Shown: positions 38,201 through 52,330, numbered from the whole stretch's first letter. The stretch: 63,428 nt of DNA, filler included, from Jimgerdemannia flammicorona (GCA_003990765.1; 3 parts of 3 records of this genome joined end to end with filler, not necessarily neighbours in it); one strand, 5' to 3'. Notes: generated by a model not told the origin, from the sequence alone. Numbers and translations are program-made.

Positions 38201-38618
38201 TTTATAACTTTTAAAATCATAATAGCTTTTAAAAAAAAAATTACCAATAATATTTTATATAATAATTCTACTTTTGGTAAAAATTTTATAAAAAAAAAAA
38301 ATTTTGTTTTTAAACAAATTGATATATATTTTTAACAGAAAAACAATGTTTCAAAAAATCATTTTTTTCAAACTTTAATTTGTCTGCTAAATGATTTTAA
38401 AAGATGATCTTATCTACAGACAAAGGGATATATGTTTTTAGTCCTAATTAGTAAGGTTCTGTTTTTGTAAATCTTATATTCTGTAACTTTGAGTTGACTC
38501 AGCTTTGTAATCTATGACTTTAGTTTAACTCAGCTTTATGATCTTGCATATAGTTTCCAAATTTATTCTGAGAGTAATATGTGATTTCAATAGCTTAGAG
38601 GTTGTGCACTCACATAAA

Positions 38619-41097
38619 GTCTCGCAGATTTTTATTAGAAGAGAACCTAGACTATATAGATCAAAACTCTCTCATACCACTCACCAAACACTACATCTCT
38701 ATTAAACCTAAGCTAGCTATTGTTCAGTAGCTCAACTATATCAGATACAGTAGGACAAAGTTGTCTGTACCTTATTTTGTATATCATACTCTTCCTACTA
38801 TCAGAGAGTAAACAACCATATATCCATAACTGAAAGTATATTTCCAAAATCCCAATATATGTACAAGATTACATTCAAGCTAATTCACATAGTCTCTATT
38901 ACCTCAAGGAGAGTGATAGACAAAGAAATACTCTTCTCAAAGTATAGAATAGTGGATAGGATCTGGTTCTCTTTGATGAGATGAGTAGAGAACTTATATG
39001 TAAGATAAGAGAAGACCTCCAATATTCCACTACTCAAGTCTATAGACCTTGATCATATTGCTATATCAGCTTCTAGGTTTAGTTAAGTATAGCCAAGACA
39101 TCTGATCCAGGTAGTCTCAAGCCCTCTGATCACTCCTAATGACTGGGACCTAATTCCACATATTATCAAAAGTAGTCAAGAGTGATATCTACTATCTAAC
39201 TACTCTGTACCAATCAGAAGGCCCAACCAATGTAGTACCTACCCCAGCCCCAATGACTACCCCCAATCTGACATCCTACTGGTTTACTTTAATCACTCTT
39301 TTTCTTATCTATAATAGTCATCTCTTCTCCCATCTCAATCCTATCTAAAAAACAGTTATCTATACCAGTATTGTTCCCATCAGAAAGCTCATCAAAGCTC
39401 AGAGGGCCCTACTACAGATACCAAAGATCTGCAGATAATCTATACTAATATTTGATATCTAAGATCAGCTAATACTTTATATAGTCTATGATATATCAAG
39501 ATGATATCTTGTTAATAATAGTAAAAGAAAGAAGATGTTGTACCAAAATGTATATATCCCAGATATAGTCAGAGATACCAGAGACTGCAAAAAATTAGAG
39601 AAAGTACTGATCCAATACTAATAAAGAGACAACTTATTATCATTATCTCTCTCTCTCTATATTCTTATAGATATAGCAAACTAATCTGAGATAGAGGAAG
39701 TAAAAGTAGAGAGAAGAGAACTCAGAAGATCACTTATCTATCTTATAACTAGTATGGTAGCAGAGAAAGGGCCATTGTATATATACTTAAGAAGAGAGAT
39801 AATAAAGTTAAGATTTAAAATAAGTAAGCCAAGAGATCTCTAAAAGATTCTCAAGATCTATAATCTAGAAGATGATGTCCTGGCTCTCATCAGATATATA
39901 ACTCATTAAGGATGGATAGAAGATATGTACTATCAACTTTATAGAAGTCTTAGACTCTATTGAAAAAAGTGATATTAGTTACCTTTAAGATCTCTTTATA
40001 GGAGCCAAATGACTATATCTCAATATTAGAGCTTAGAGACTCATAACTATAGAAGTCTCAGCCCAAGGATAACCTGCACTTAGTAAGAATATTACATAAT
40101 ATATCTTGCTATATTTTGAAGTCATTTCTCTAACAAAAGTCTACAACAAAAATATAGACTATAATCTCTATAGTCTCTGAGATATAACTATGAACTCTAA
40201 AAGTATAGTATTTATTACTATAGAACTTTTCATACAACTATCTAAGAGAACTTATATCTAGCTAATCTCAAGATCTGAACTTACAAAATAAGAAGTAACT
40301 ATCAAAGGAGAATCTATAGATCTTAAATATATAGAAAAAATTAAAGTAATCTTAAAAAATAGTAGCTCTAAATAGATTTAAATCTACAAAGATGAAAAAG
40401 TCATCCAAATAGTCTTTATGGAAGTCAAAGTACCCCAGCTATAAGAAGTCTCTAAACTTATCTAAGATATAAGACAGACTAAAAAATTTACAAGCTTAGA
40501 TAAAAAAGAAACATATCTTCTCTATCTCAATATATACTACCAATTAGTTAAACTTTACAAAAACCTTATCTTAGAACTAAGAGTACAGACTATCTTCACA
40601 ATCTTTATTCCATCAGACTCTAGAAATCTCTTTTTTAAACTAAATAAAGACTCAGAAATCTTAATATAAAAGAATATATATTCTCTAATAAGATGAATCC
40701 AGTATATTCTTGAGCAATCAATTAAAGCTGAGACAGTATCATTCTGCTAAAAAGAACTATTATAGGATATTTAGTACTTTACTTTAATTAGATATATATA
40801 TAGAGAAGTCTATAAACTAAATCTATTAAGAAATAGTAAAAGGTCTCAAAAGAAAGAAAAGGCCCCTCTGTGATCTAGGAGAAAGTAAAGTCTTCTACTA
40901 ATATTAAAGAAGAACTGATATCTCAGTAATAATATCAACTAGTAGAACTTCTTCATAAATATCAAGATATCTTTACTACAGACTATAGTAATCTACTATA
41001 TAATCTATTATACTATACTAAGTATAAATATAGAAAATACAACACTCATTCAATAGAACCCCTATAGAATACTACACTATCTAAAGATATTTAAGAA
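38619..41097 (+). mobile_element. Heavily decayed unclassified repeat, possibly the 5' end/ORF1 of a second LINE family
   Basis: 38619-39775 is homologous to the reverse complement of 41098-42256; there is only weak resemblance to LINE ORF1. Confidence 0.5.
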
Positions 41098-42256
41098 ACA
41101 GCTCCTTTCTCCACTACCTTACTGGTCACAAGGTTTGGTAGGCGACCTTCCAAGTCCCCTTTCCCCTAATATTACACCCTCTACCTCAGGTTAGTTTGCT
41201 ATGCCTGCAGGGGCATGATGGGAGGAGGGCAATGGTGATGAGTTGCCCCTTTATCGGTGTCGGATCATTGCTTCCTCCACTTTTTCGCGGATTCTGGTGC
41301 CTTCAGCTGTGTCTGGGGTATACCCGTTTTGGTGCGGCACCTTCTTCCTTTTGCCGTCGCCAATAAGGAGTTATTTTGGTGTGTCTCGGGCTATGTAGGG
41401 AGTTGGCTGACCTTGGGCATCAAGTGCTCAGTGTAGGTTACCTGCAGGTCCTCGGTGCCTGTGGTGGGGCCCTCTGGCTTTGGCGAGCTTCCCGGCAAGC
41501 GTGGTTCTGGCGTAGGTGACTGCTTTTTGGGTGTTGTCAGGATGGGAGGGGAGATGGCCATCACAGATAGGCAGAAGGGCGATTACAGTGAACCAGTAGG
41601 GTGCCAGGCTGGGGGCAGTCATCGGGGTTGGGGCAGGTGCTGCTTCAGTGGGACCTTTTGATTGGTGCGGCATGGTTAGGTGGTAGGTGTCACTATCGGC
41701 TTCTTTTGGCGGTCAGTGGGGTTGGGCCCCAGTTGTCAGGGGGGGTCAGGAGGCCCGAGGCTACCCATTTCAGGCATCTTGGCTGCACTCAACTGGAATT
41801 GGGAGCTGATACGGCAATGTGATCGAGGCCTACAGGCTTGAGTAGTGGGGTATTGGGGGTCTCCTCCCACCTCACATGTAAGTCCTTTACTCACCTCAAT
41901 TGGGAGAACCAGGCCCTACCCACCGTGTTGTACTTTGATGAGGGTTTTTTATTTGCCTGTCATTCTCTTTGGGGTGGCAGAGACTATTCTATTTAGCTCG
42001 GGTGTGGCCTTGTACATATGTTGGGTTCTCAGGCATACGCTTTTGGTTGTTGGCATATGGTTGGATTTCCCCTGGTAGTAGGGAGAGCATGGTGTGCAGA
42101 ATGAGGTGCGGGCTTATTAGCCCTGCTGTGCCTGGTATGGTCGAGCTGCTGGACAATAGCTAGCCTAGGTTAATGGGGGGGCAGTGCTTGGTGGGTGGTG
42201 GGGGAGGGTTTTGGCCTATATAGTCTAGGTTCCCTTCCAATAAAAATCCGCGGGAC
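41098..42256 (-). mobile_element. Less decayed inverted copy of the 38619 repeat
   Basis: Reverse complement starts GTCCCGCGGATTTTTATTGGAAGGGAACCTAGACTATATAGG versus GTCTCGCAGATTTTTATTAGAAGAGAACCTAGACTATATAGA at 38619. Confidence 0.7.
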
Positions 42257-42356
42257 NNNNNNNNNNNNNNNNNNNNNNNNNNNNNNNNNNNNNNNNNNNN
42301 TTAATTAATTAANNNNNNNNNNNNNNNNNNNNNNNNNNNNNNNNNNNNNNNNNNNN
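42257..42356. other. Artificial contig linker
   Basis: N44-TTAATTAATTAA-N44. Confidence 0.97.
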
Positions 42357-42400
42357 TTTTTTGACGACGTGAAGTGTCGAGCCGCCCAACGACACCGATA

Positions 42401-42620
42401 TGCACATGGACAACGCCCTCCAGCCTATCCCCACACCGTCCGCAGCGGACCACCCGTCTCGGCGGTATCATCCACTGCAGTGATCGAGCCACACATGTGC
42501 ACATGGACGATGCCGCTCCAGCCTATCCCCACGCCTGCCCGCAGCGGACCACATATCTCCTGCCGTCTCGGCGGTATCATCCACTGCAATGATCGAGCAA
42601 CTCAACGACACAGATGTGCT
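42401..42620. repeat. ~100-bp tandem duplication, CpG-rich
   Basis: TGCACATGGAC...CTCCAGCCTATCCCCAC...GCAGCGGACCAC...CCGTCTCGGCGGTATCATCCACTGCA.TGATCGAGC occurs twice. Confidence 0.85.
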
Positions 42621-43420
42621 CCCAATCTACCTCCCCCCCCCCGCCACCCACGACAGACCATACACCCCTTGCCGTTTTGGCGGAAGCACTCGCTGAATCC
42701 GTTGCCTTCCCCCGAAACAATCTCAGACGTAATAGAAGATGTGGGGACCGGCGTACCCGTCCAGCAGATCATTATATTCCTACTATCTCGGCGGATCCCT
42801 CCTACCATCCCTCTATTGAACCGGTTGTGCCGCCACCGATAGTAAATGCGGGGAGAGAGTCGTTCCATAAGGGAAAAATCACGCCAACTGAAGAGAAAGA
42901 GCGCGAAGTTTGAACCCCGTCCTTATCCGAAGTACAAGGTTTAGACAATCCACTGGACCGCTGAAGAATTCATGCGTCATTGGAAAACATCGATTCTGGC
43001 TCCATCGACAGACCCGCCAAGCAGATTGGAGATGGGGATTTTCTATTGTCCGAGTTTAGCAACAGGCCAGCGGTGCTGTTAACGGAACTGCGGTGTGCAT
43101 GAGCATCTGTGTTCCCGTCCATGACGCCTTCGCCAGGTCGTCGGAGAGACTCGTGTTATCAGTTCGGGTACCAACTAATGGCAAAACCCTCGAAGAACAG
43201 GGGGTGGGCGGGGTGACAGAGGCGCTTTGTTTCTGATAGCCGACGGTGTGTTTGAAGCATTGGGTTTTTGTATATTTGGGCATTCACTTTGTTCGAAGCC
43301 CATCTTCTCCGTATTTCTTACAATCGGCGATCCTTCACTGAAGATATCGACCCCTCCGGCAATTTCGAAGCCGACAAACCACCGACGAACTGACCCAACT
43401 AGCGATATGCTTGCGATTCA

Positions 43421-44130
43421 ATGATGGTTCAAGCCGTCATTTGTGATGCAACGGAGGAAATCGAGCACCTTCGATGGTCAGAAGGCATCATTGCCACACT
43501 GAGTGAAGAAGTTGATTCCGCTGATTGTCACATCCCGCAAGTCCGAAGGGCAAACAAGGTACACCTTTCTCATGTCCGACATATCATCCCTCATCTAAAG
43601 GATTATGGTCAAATGGCCATTAAAATGCAGGATTTCTTGTTTCTCTGCTTGGCTGAACAGTTTGGTATCTGTACAGTTAAAGGTACCGAGGAACTTGCAC
43701 AATTGGCTATGTGCATATCAGAAGAGACATATGGCAACCTGGGCATATACGACGAGGCGGAGTCACTGTACAAACGGACGCTAATGACCAGCCAGAAAGC
43801 TTTTGGACCAGAGAACAATCTGACCACGACCAGGGCAAATACTTAAGGGCAGAGCTGCTAAACGAGCTAGCGCTGGAGATCTGTGAAAAGATGTTGCAAC
43901 CAAAATCACCCACACACGGCAACATCTATCAACAATCTTGTAGACCTCTACAGTAGTCAGGGAAATTTGGACAAGACGGAGCCGCTGTACGAAAGAGCGC
44001 TGGAGATTAGAGAGAAAGCGTTGGGATCAGAGCACCAGAAACGTCATCAACTCTGAACAATCTGGCTCAACTACGACAGCTGTGGAAAGTGTGACAGGGC
44101 AGAGCAGGTGTACGAGCGGGCACTGACCAT
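43421..44130 (+). pseudogene. Kinesin-light-chain-type TPR repeat protein remnant (type found at the C-terminus of fungal NLR-like proteins)
   Basis: YGNLGIYDEAESLYKRTL..SQKAFGPE; ALEICEKML; NNLVDLYSSQGNLDKTEPLYERALEIREKALGSEH; TLNNLAQ, spread over several frames. Confidence 0.85.
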
Positions 44131-46620
44131 AATAGACATACCTAAAGTGTTTGTCGCCCGGTGAATAAATATCTCGACGGTCATGAGCATGTCGTCCAAC
44201 GGAAACGAGAACAACACTATTTCGATCTGAATAGGAACAGGAATCAACGACCATTGATGGCTGGCCTGTCAATATGAGTATGTAGTGGATATGCGCAATT
44301 GTGATTGTCGAGGAGTTGAAGGCTGGTTGTCTGTTCACCTGTTTAGTAATCCATTGTAAAGATGCGCTATCGCTGACGATTTTTGGCCCTCTTATTCAGT
44401 GACGCAAGTAGATATCATTCTTCATTATTCTATCTTGATTTATATCAATAATATTTTATATATATGCAAAAGATGAAATCTCTAAATTGTTCACGCCCTT
44501 TGTTAACTTGAGATAGAGGATGAAATGAATGATATTATTTACGATGGTGCTAGCGATGGGCAAAATGAGGGCGAACAATGTGGAAAGTAAATTTACAGTG
44601 TGATGACATTAAAAAAAAATACGCGCGGCCAATGTTGTTTGCTTACGTGTTCATCTCGCCGCACGAGCTTCCTCTCCTGCTTCGCCTCCTATATCCCTAA
44701 TTCACCTATAATCTACTCCCAAATCACCTGTCCAGCCAGACATTATCGAATGTTACATCTGTTGTTTTTCTTCTTTTTCACACTGCCAGAGCGGGCGAGG
44801 TCCACGCACTCCCTATTGGCCCTGATCATCCGGCCGACCAAGTAAAAGGACGTCTCCACATTGACGTCGTGCTTGCCCGAGACCTCTTAGAATTCTAAAC
44901 CCGTTCCGATGCGCCATACTGTTGACAGATATACTTGAGAGGTTACAGATAATATATATCTTGGGTAGGTAGAGTTTATGCTGATAATGTAGATAAATAT
45001 GTTAAAGCTACTTGACAAAGTATGATATGTTAGATATATAAATTATTCTTATATTATAAAAAGAATTACTCAAGCTACTTCATTATGAAAGAGAGATTAC
45101 TAATAGAGAGAATGTTCTGTTCTAATAAAGACTATACTGATATAAGTTATTAATATACTTAAGTTATTTGAATAAATAAGAGAGTTATAGATAGATTGAA
45201 TATTTTAATCAAATAGAGATTATACTAACACTATAGAGAGATATACTTAAGCTACTTAATAAAATTAAGTGAAATTATAATCTTCTCAAATATCGAAGTT
45301 CTGAACCTTTTTTTAAATAAAGAGTTTATAATATTACTTACTTTATATAAGTGTAAAAGAGAGAAACTAATTAATTAGATTTATATATAAATTTAAAATA
45401 TATATATATATATAATATTTAAATAGATATAAAGTAAAGTATATAAAGAGTATATATCCAAAAGAAATATAGATCAAGTAAGTAAGTTTTAACATATATA
45501 AAAAGCTTAAATATCTAGATCTATTATTTATATAAAGTAAAGAGATTTGTTTTTTATAGTCTCTAATCTATAAAGAAAAATAGAGAGATATATAAATAGA
45601 TTATAGTATAAATAACTAATTGCTAAATTATTAACTTATTAAATTACTAGTAGAGTATTATAAATTTTTAGATCTATAATAATATACTTATTTGCTAAAA
45701 CATATTGAGTTACTCTATATATAAAGATATTACTAACTATATTTTATATAGAGCTAGTATAAGGCTGAACTCAGCATTAAACTAAATTATAAGAAGTGAA
45801 ATCATAGAGATACTAAATCTAATATATATAATTACTTAAATATTAAGTAGATCTGACTACTTTGCTAAAGTTTGAATTATATTTATAATTTATCAAAGTA
45901 TTTTTATATAGTATTATAATATACTAGTTCAATATAGATAAATTATAAGATTGGTAGTTAATATAGTTTGACTTAAGCCTCTAGTTACTTTGTTAAAAAG
46001 CAATAAAATATTGTAAGATTTTTGGATCCTTATTGATATTTAGTAGTATAATAGTTAAGTCTGAATACAGTCATTAATTTGTATTATTAGGATAGTTCTT
46101 AAGTATAGTGGTGATTTATATAATAGCAAAATGATCTTTATATAATATAATATTCTTTAAAAGTATGTGATTTCTAATATAATGAACTTTTATAGTATGA
46201 GTGAATTCCTTATATGATTTCTGTATAATAATCTTATATAGTGTAAGCAGATTTCTTATATAATTTCTATATGATAATCTTATTCATTATATGGTCAATT
46301 AGTAGTATTTCTTAATAGATGATAGGCTGATAAATTGGACAAAGAACTTAGTTTGGTAAATAACTCAGATAATAATTCAGATAATACTGATTCTTCCTAA
46401 ATTGTTAAATTACTTGAAAATAGTAGTTGATATAGATAACTTGATAACTCAGATTAGTACTTCTAAATAAATTGAATCAATTCAAATTAAATTTGTTAGA
46501 ATGGCAACTCAATATATCAATATATAATTAGTGATTTCATTAGTCTTATATCATCTATCAGTAATATGTGAAATACACATTCCATGTAAGTTTAATAAAA
46601 ATGCCCCTCTTTTGGATAAA

Positions 46621-49600
46621 GGTTATGAGTCTTACTAGTACTAAGCAGATATAGTAATAAATAAATAAATAAATATATCTCATAAATATATATTATATAA
46701 TATATGCTAGAAATGATAGATAGTCAATCTAATAATATAAGCAATATAGATATGCCAACTATAAGTATTCTGGCAATGAGAGCAGTCCCCATTGTGAGTA
46801 TAAATATAATCAAGAGGTCTATCCCAATATTTGACAAGAAAGATTATATTATCTGGATATTCCATATGATGAATCTCTTTAATAAATGCAGCTTGATAGA
46901 GTATATGAAGCCACAAGTACAAATTCAAGACTATAACTCTGCAAATTATTACTAAGTATTATACAAGATTATATTTATATTATCAAACTCACAAACAAAG
47001 CTTGTAATGCATGCAGTGAAGTATGAGAAGCCCTACATAATTATTATATACAAGTATCTGCATTGAATCAATTCTATCTGAAATCTCAACTATTCAATCT
47101 TTAAATAAAATCTAAGAAGAGTATTCATGAATATGTCAGTCATATTGATGATCTAGTGAATCAAGTGAATTCTCTTAGCATGTCTGCAGATTGTATTAGT
47201 AATAAAGATAAGGTTATAATACTTACAAGAGGACTTCTAAATATATATAATATTGTTATCACAGTTATGCACAAGAGTAGCACTCTTACAAACTATATCC
47301 ACATAATAATGAGCCTTATGAATGAGGAAATATACTAAGGAAACAGTACTAAAGACAATAATAACAAAAGGGCATTCTATAGGTTTTATAGATATAGTGT
47401 CAAATAAGGTCAAAAGTATAGTCAACAATAAGGCCAATGATCCCAAACCCAAAATCAATAATATGATAGTCAATTAACCAAGTATGAAGGCTATGGTAAA
47501 TACTGTAGCAAGTATAGATATAGGAAATACTAATGTTATCACTGGAAAAATGAAAATAAGTATAGAAAAAGCCAGTATTAGTAATGAAGAAGCAGCAGAA
47601 ACAATTGAGAGAAATGTGGCAATGCAAATACTGCTAAAACTAATGAAAGTTGTAATCTATTTTTTGCATAAGCTATCAGTCCCTTCACATCTATAAGGAT
47701 GATAATTTTGGATTGAAAAATCCTGTCAAACCTACCACCAATACCAGTTCTGCCAGCTCTGCCAGTAGAAGATTAATACCTATAGCAGTTTGACTGCCAA
47801 ATCCACCAACTCATCATTTACAAATATCAGTCAGTAAAACACTTTTGGGCTGATGAAAAGTAGTGATGATGTCAGCACCACCAGTAGTGTGGATAGAAAA
47901 ACCACCAACTATATGCCTAGCCATACATCTGGCAAATATACAAATACAGCTGATAATAATAATATCTAGTTAATGGATTTCAGAGCCATGTAATATATGA
48001 TACTATATAGGAAATAGTTCTCCATATATCAACTATTTGAATACTCTATACTCATCAAGATTAAAGATATATAATAACATCATCTATGCTTAAGGAAAGA
48101 GAAATGTCAGCATATATATCTCTACAGAAATATTATTGAGCCTACTACTACTCTTATAGACTATATATCCTAGAGATAAGAAAGAACATCTTCTCTATAT
48201 ATAGATAAAATAATGACCTATGGCAATAAAGAGATACACATACATTTAAAGAGTACAATAGTATATGATTTATATGACAATAAGAGATTAGTGATAGCCT
48301 TGAAATGTGGTAATCTTTATATGATCAATAGTATATCAGATAGTGTGAAAGCCTCTATGTATATAATAACTATGTCTGATATATCCAATATATAGCATTA
48401 ATACTTAGGATATATCAGAAAGATGAGCCTCAAATATATAATAAGAAGTAGATCCATTAATAGATTACTGGTATATATATATCTATATGACAGTTTCTGC
48501 AAGAATTACATAGTAAACAAAGCATCCTAGTGACCATTCAAAGAATGATTAAAGTGTGTATCTGAGATCCTTAATCTCATGTATATGGATATGTGGGCTG
48601 ATATATATGCTATCACATTTTGGCAAGAGATATTTTCTCACATTTATCAATGATTATATATATAAAGTATATATATCTTCTATTAGCAAAGAGTGAAGCT
48701 TTGGATAAATTCAAAAAATTTAAAGCAATCTCTAAGAATGAGACAGGACATAGAATATATACTATATAATCAGATAATAGATGCAAATACATCAACCTTG
48801 CTTTCAAGCAGTTCTTAATAAAATATAGTATAATCTATCAAATGATGGCTCTCTATATATATTAACAGAATGGTATGGCTGAGCAGTTTAACCATACAGT
48901 CATAGAAATGGAATATATGATGATCAATACTACTGGACTATTGTATTCTTATTGGACTGAAGCCATAAATACCATGGTATATATCTATAATCAATATATA
49001 TCTCAATCACTAAGTAAGAATTCTGGTAATAATAAGCATTTTAGAGACAATGATCTTATGTATCTCTAAAGAATTATAAAGTAGATCTAAGCTAGATGTA
49101 TCACATCTATATATATTTAGCTGTGAGGTATATATTCTCAACAAAAGTAATACTATCCAGGATAAATTCAAATCTAAGACAAGTAAGCACATATTTCTTG
49201 GATATTCCAACAAGGTATATCAGCTATAGGATTCATATAAGTGGTATATAGTTATCTCTCATGATGTACAGTTCAGAGAAAAAGACTTAGAAATCTATGT
49301 GAAAGTATAAGTTGAAACCTCTACATCTATATTCCAGCTAGTGCAAATGTAGCAACCAGTGCAACTGTCATCCACCTCTCCAGCAGTCATTCAAAATCAT
49401 TTTCAACTACTATATATATCTGAGCCTAAGCTCAGAATAATGGAGATCAAAGATGAAGATGATGGTAAATCCTCCAATGATAAAGAATCCTATATAAAGA
49501 GTAAACAAATATAAAAGTACTCCAATGTTCATTATATAACTTGTTCTGATTTAGAAAATTATTAGGATATACCAACAGACTCTCAGTAGTAATATAAGAA

Positions 49601-51105
49601 CTATATAAGCTATACTGAAGTATATAAATGTATATATATCATAATATCTTCTAGTAAGTCAAGTATATATAATGAAGTTATAACTAATCCTGATGGCAAG
49701 AAATAGAAATAAGCTATGGGTGAAGAATATGATTCACTCATTGAGAACAGTATGTGGGATTTGATATCTCTTCTACCAAACCATTAAGTAATTGGATCAA
49801 GATGAGTATATAGGATAAAGCACAGTATTGATAGTAATATAGAGCAGTATAAAGCTTGCTTTATTGCCAAGAGTTACTTGTAAGATTATAGTATAGATTA
49901 AGCTGAAACATTTTTACTAGTATTCAAGCTTACTTTACTTAAAATACTCCTTGCAATTGGCACACTATATGATCTAGAAATCCATTAGATAGACATTAAG
50001 ACAGCCTTCCTGAACAGTGATATAGATACTAAACAACCATAAGAATACAAACTATATGATAACCAGAATAGCAAGCTCATATATAAACTATATAAAGGAT
50101 TATATAGTATTAAGCAAGTGACATGTCTATAGAATAAGAGAATCAACAAACATCTTCTTGATAAAGTAAAGAAGAGAATTCAAGGTAACTAACATAGGTG
50201 ATATATCCTTCCTTTTGGAGATATTGATTATACATAATAGAAACATGTATACTATATATCTCTTATAAGTAATATATGCCAAAACCATTCTCAAATACTT
50301 TAATATAAATGAATATAAGTCAGTCAGTACTCTTATAGATACTTCCATGAAATTAAAGAAGTCTGACAATATACCTAAGAAAGATGATGATAATATATCC
50401 ACCAAAAATAGTACTAATAATAATATTTCCTATTGACAAGCAGTTGGCTCTCTTATGTATCACATATAAGAATGAGACCCAATATATCATATGCTATTAC
50501 CAAGGTAGTGTAATACTTCTCCTGCTATAATAATTTACACTAGAGTACCATTAAGAGGATTTTCTGATACTTAAAGGAATTGACATACTATATACTCATA
50601 CTGAGCAATAATACTAGATTAAGTAAGAGCAATAACATCCAGCTATCTGGTACTTATGACATCAATTGGGGCAGAGACTTAGATGACTATTGATCATAAC
50701 TGGGTACCTCTTCTATATTAGCAACTAAGAATCCATCATTTCATAGCAAATATATAAGCAGAGTTCTGTGATAACATCCTCAATAGACAGAGTACCAGAT
50801 ACTATCATTGGCAATAAAGAAAGCTATTTAGCTCTGTAAACTATTGAAGGAGCTCAGCTTTACTCAGGAATAGAATCTTATACTAATTAAGTAAGATAAT
50901 CAATTGATGATAGCATTTACCAAGAATCCAGTATATATACCTCAGCAGAACAAAACTTATTGATATACAGTACTACTTTATTTGCAAATATGTAGAAAAT
51001 GGTACTATATATCTGAAATAATTCTCATAGAGTATATAACTACCAATTTACTTACTAAAGCTCTTCCAAAGCTGAAGTTTAAGCTATGTGCTAAGGAATG
51101 GGTCA
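46621..51105 (+). mobile_element. Ty1/Copia internal region, heavily decayed; LTRs not delimited
   Basis: PBS-like GGTTATGAG at 46621; protease *LMDFRA (WLMDSGA) ~47970; integrase QNGMAEQFNHT ~48865; RT AM.EEYDSLIENSMWDL ~49715; RNase H LLTKALPK ~51050. IN precedes RT; the YVDD region appears deleted near 50160. Confidence 0.88.
47694..47923. mobile_element. 230-bp non-autonomous insertion with 8-bp TSD inside the Copia gag-pol
   Basis: CACATCTA (47686-47693) / TACATCTG (47924-47931). Excision restores the frame ...SPFTS-GKYT...I*LMD. Confidence 0.55.
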
Positions 51106-51868
51106 TTCTGATTAATTATGGAATACTTTTCAAACTGTTAAAAGTCTCTCATATTACATTCTATATCCATATATTGATAATATCCCTCATCTATGAGTGG
51201 ATTATGTGGATAATATTATATTATATTTTTGCAAATATTTCAGGTATTTTGGAATACTTTTCAATCTACAAAAATTTCTTAAATATAGGATTTTATATAT
51301 ATATTTAGTTTTTAGATTATATGCAGTTCTAGTTCTGTATTTCTTTTTTGAGTATATTGTATATGCCTTGTATATTGTAACATAGCGGATACTTACTCTT
51401 GAAAGTACATCAGATTTCTGTATCTTGAAAACTTGACTGTTCTGACTCTTGCAGAGTCTCTTGAAGTTGCAGGGGAGGGGGGGTGAGTTCGAAGTGTATC
51501 TGCCCACAGGTTTATTAGTTCCTTTGCTATCTCTTTGCTTTGAACTATTTCGATCTGAGGTTTGATACTGGGTTATTTATACAAGTTTGCTAGCTATGAG
51601 ATGGTTACTGAGTTATGTGACTAAGTTATGAGTCATTTAACACTTTGCAAAATGTTCAGCAAGTTGCAAAATGCTATACTATATCGGAGAGCTCAATCTT
51701 GCACTTTGCGAAATATTTAGCAAGTTGCAAAATCGAGAACTGTTAACTATGTGGCTATACTACTTTGGGACTGGGTGCGATCAAGTGTCTATTCCCTATT
51801 TCCTTCTTCTAAATCTGGCTATACCATCACAACTTCCTCCTGAATAGATGATCTCGTCCCTAAAGCAT

Positions 51869-52330
51869 CTATTCAAACTCCCAAGCTTCAATGGTCTGTA
51901 TGGTCTTGTATTGTGTAATTTGTTGTATCACTATTTCCCAATGGTGTCATCTGACTCAGTCGAAGTCTGAGGGAGTCACTCCTTGCAGGTGGGCTAGTGC
52001 TGATTCATCCTCTCGGAATAGCTTGTGGATTCTTTTGGCAATAGTGATCTGGAAATAGGAGAGCTGACATTCTGTGATCCAGTTTTCTTTAGTCATTTCT
52101 GGGTCTTGGTTGAGTACTTGGCCAAGTTTGAAGTACTCTTGGAATTCGTTCTGATGCTGATAGGCCTTGAAGTGTGAGATCTGAGAGAGATGAGTCTGCA
52201 CAATACTTTGGATACTATCATAAGACTCCTCTATGGTCGGAGGCTCAGTGGTGCACCATTGTCTCTCGATGGCTCTTTGGGCAGCACTAGTGATCTTGAG
52301 TGCCATCATAGTACTTTTGTTACTGGCCAT
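51869..52330 (-). pseudogene. Gypsy B accessory ORF between integrase and PPT; unknown function
   Basis: Own ATG and own frame; 124 aa open, extendable to ~154 codons through two TGA codons (probable CGA). Confidence 0.75.

Noticed and set aside
42602..43424. Short ORFs upstream of the TPR remnant
   Set aside because: No NB-ARC/NACHT or other motif could be recognised in the ORF-track translations or the one further frame checked.
44920..46618. 1.7-kb Copia 5' LTR starting TGTTGAC
   Set aside because: No matching 3' LTR, PPT or TSD was found and the region is too A/T-eroded to support the call.
51869..52330. env gene
   Set aside because: Too short; no signal peptide, furin site or transmembrane segment is visible.
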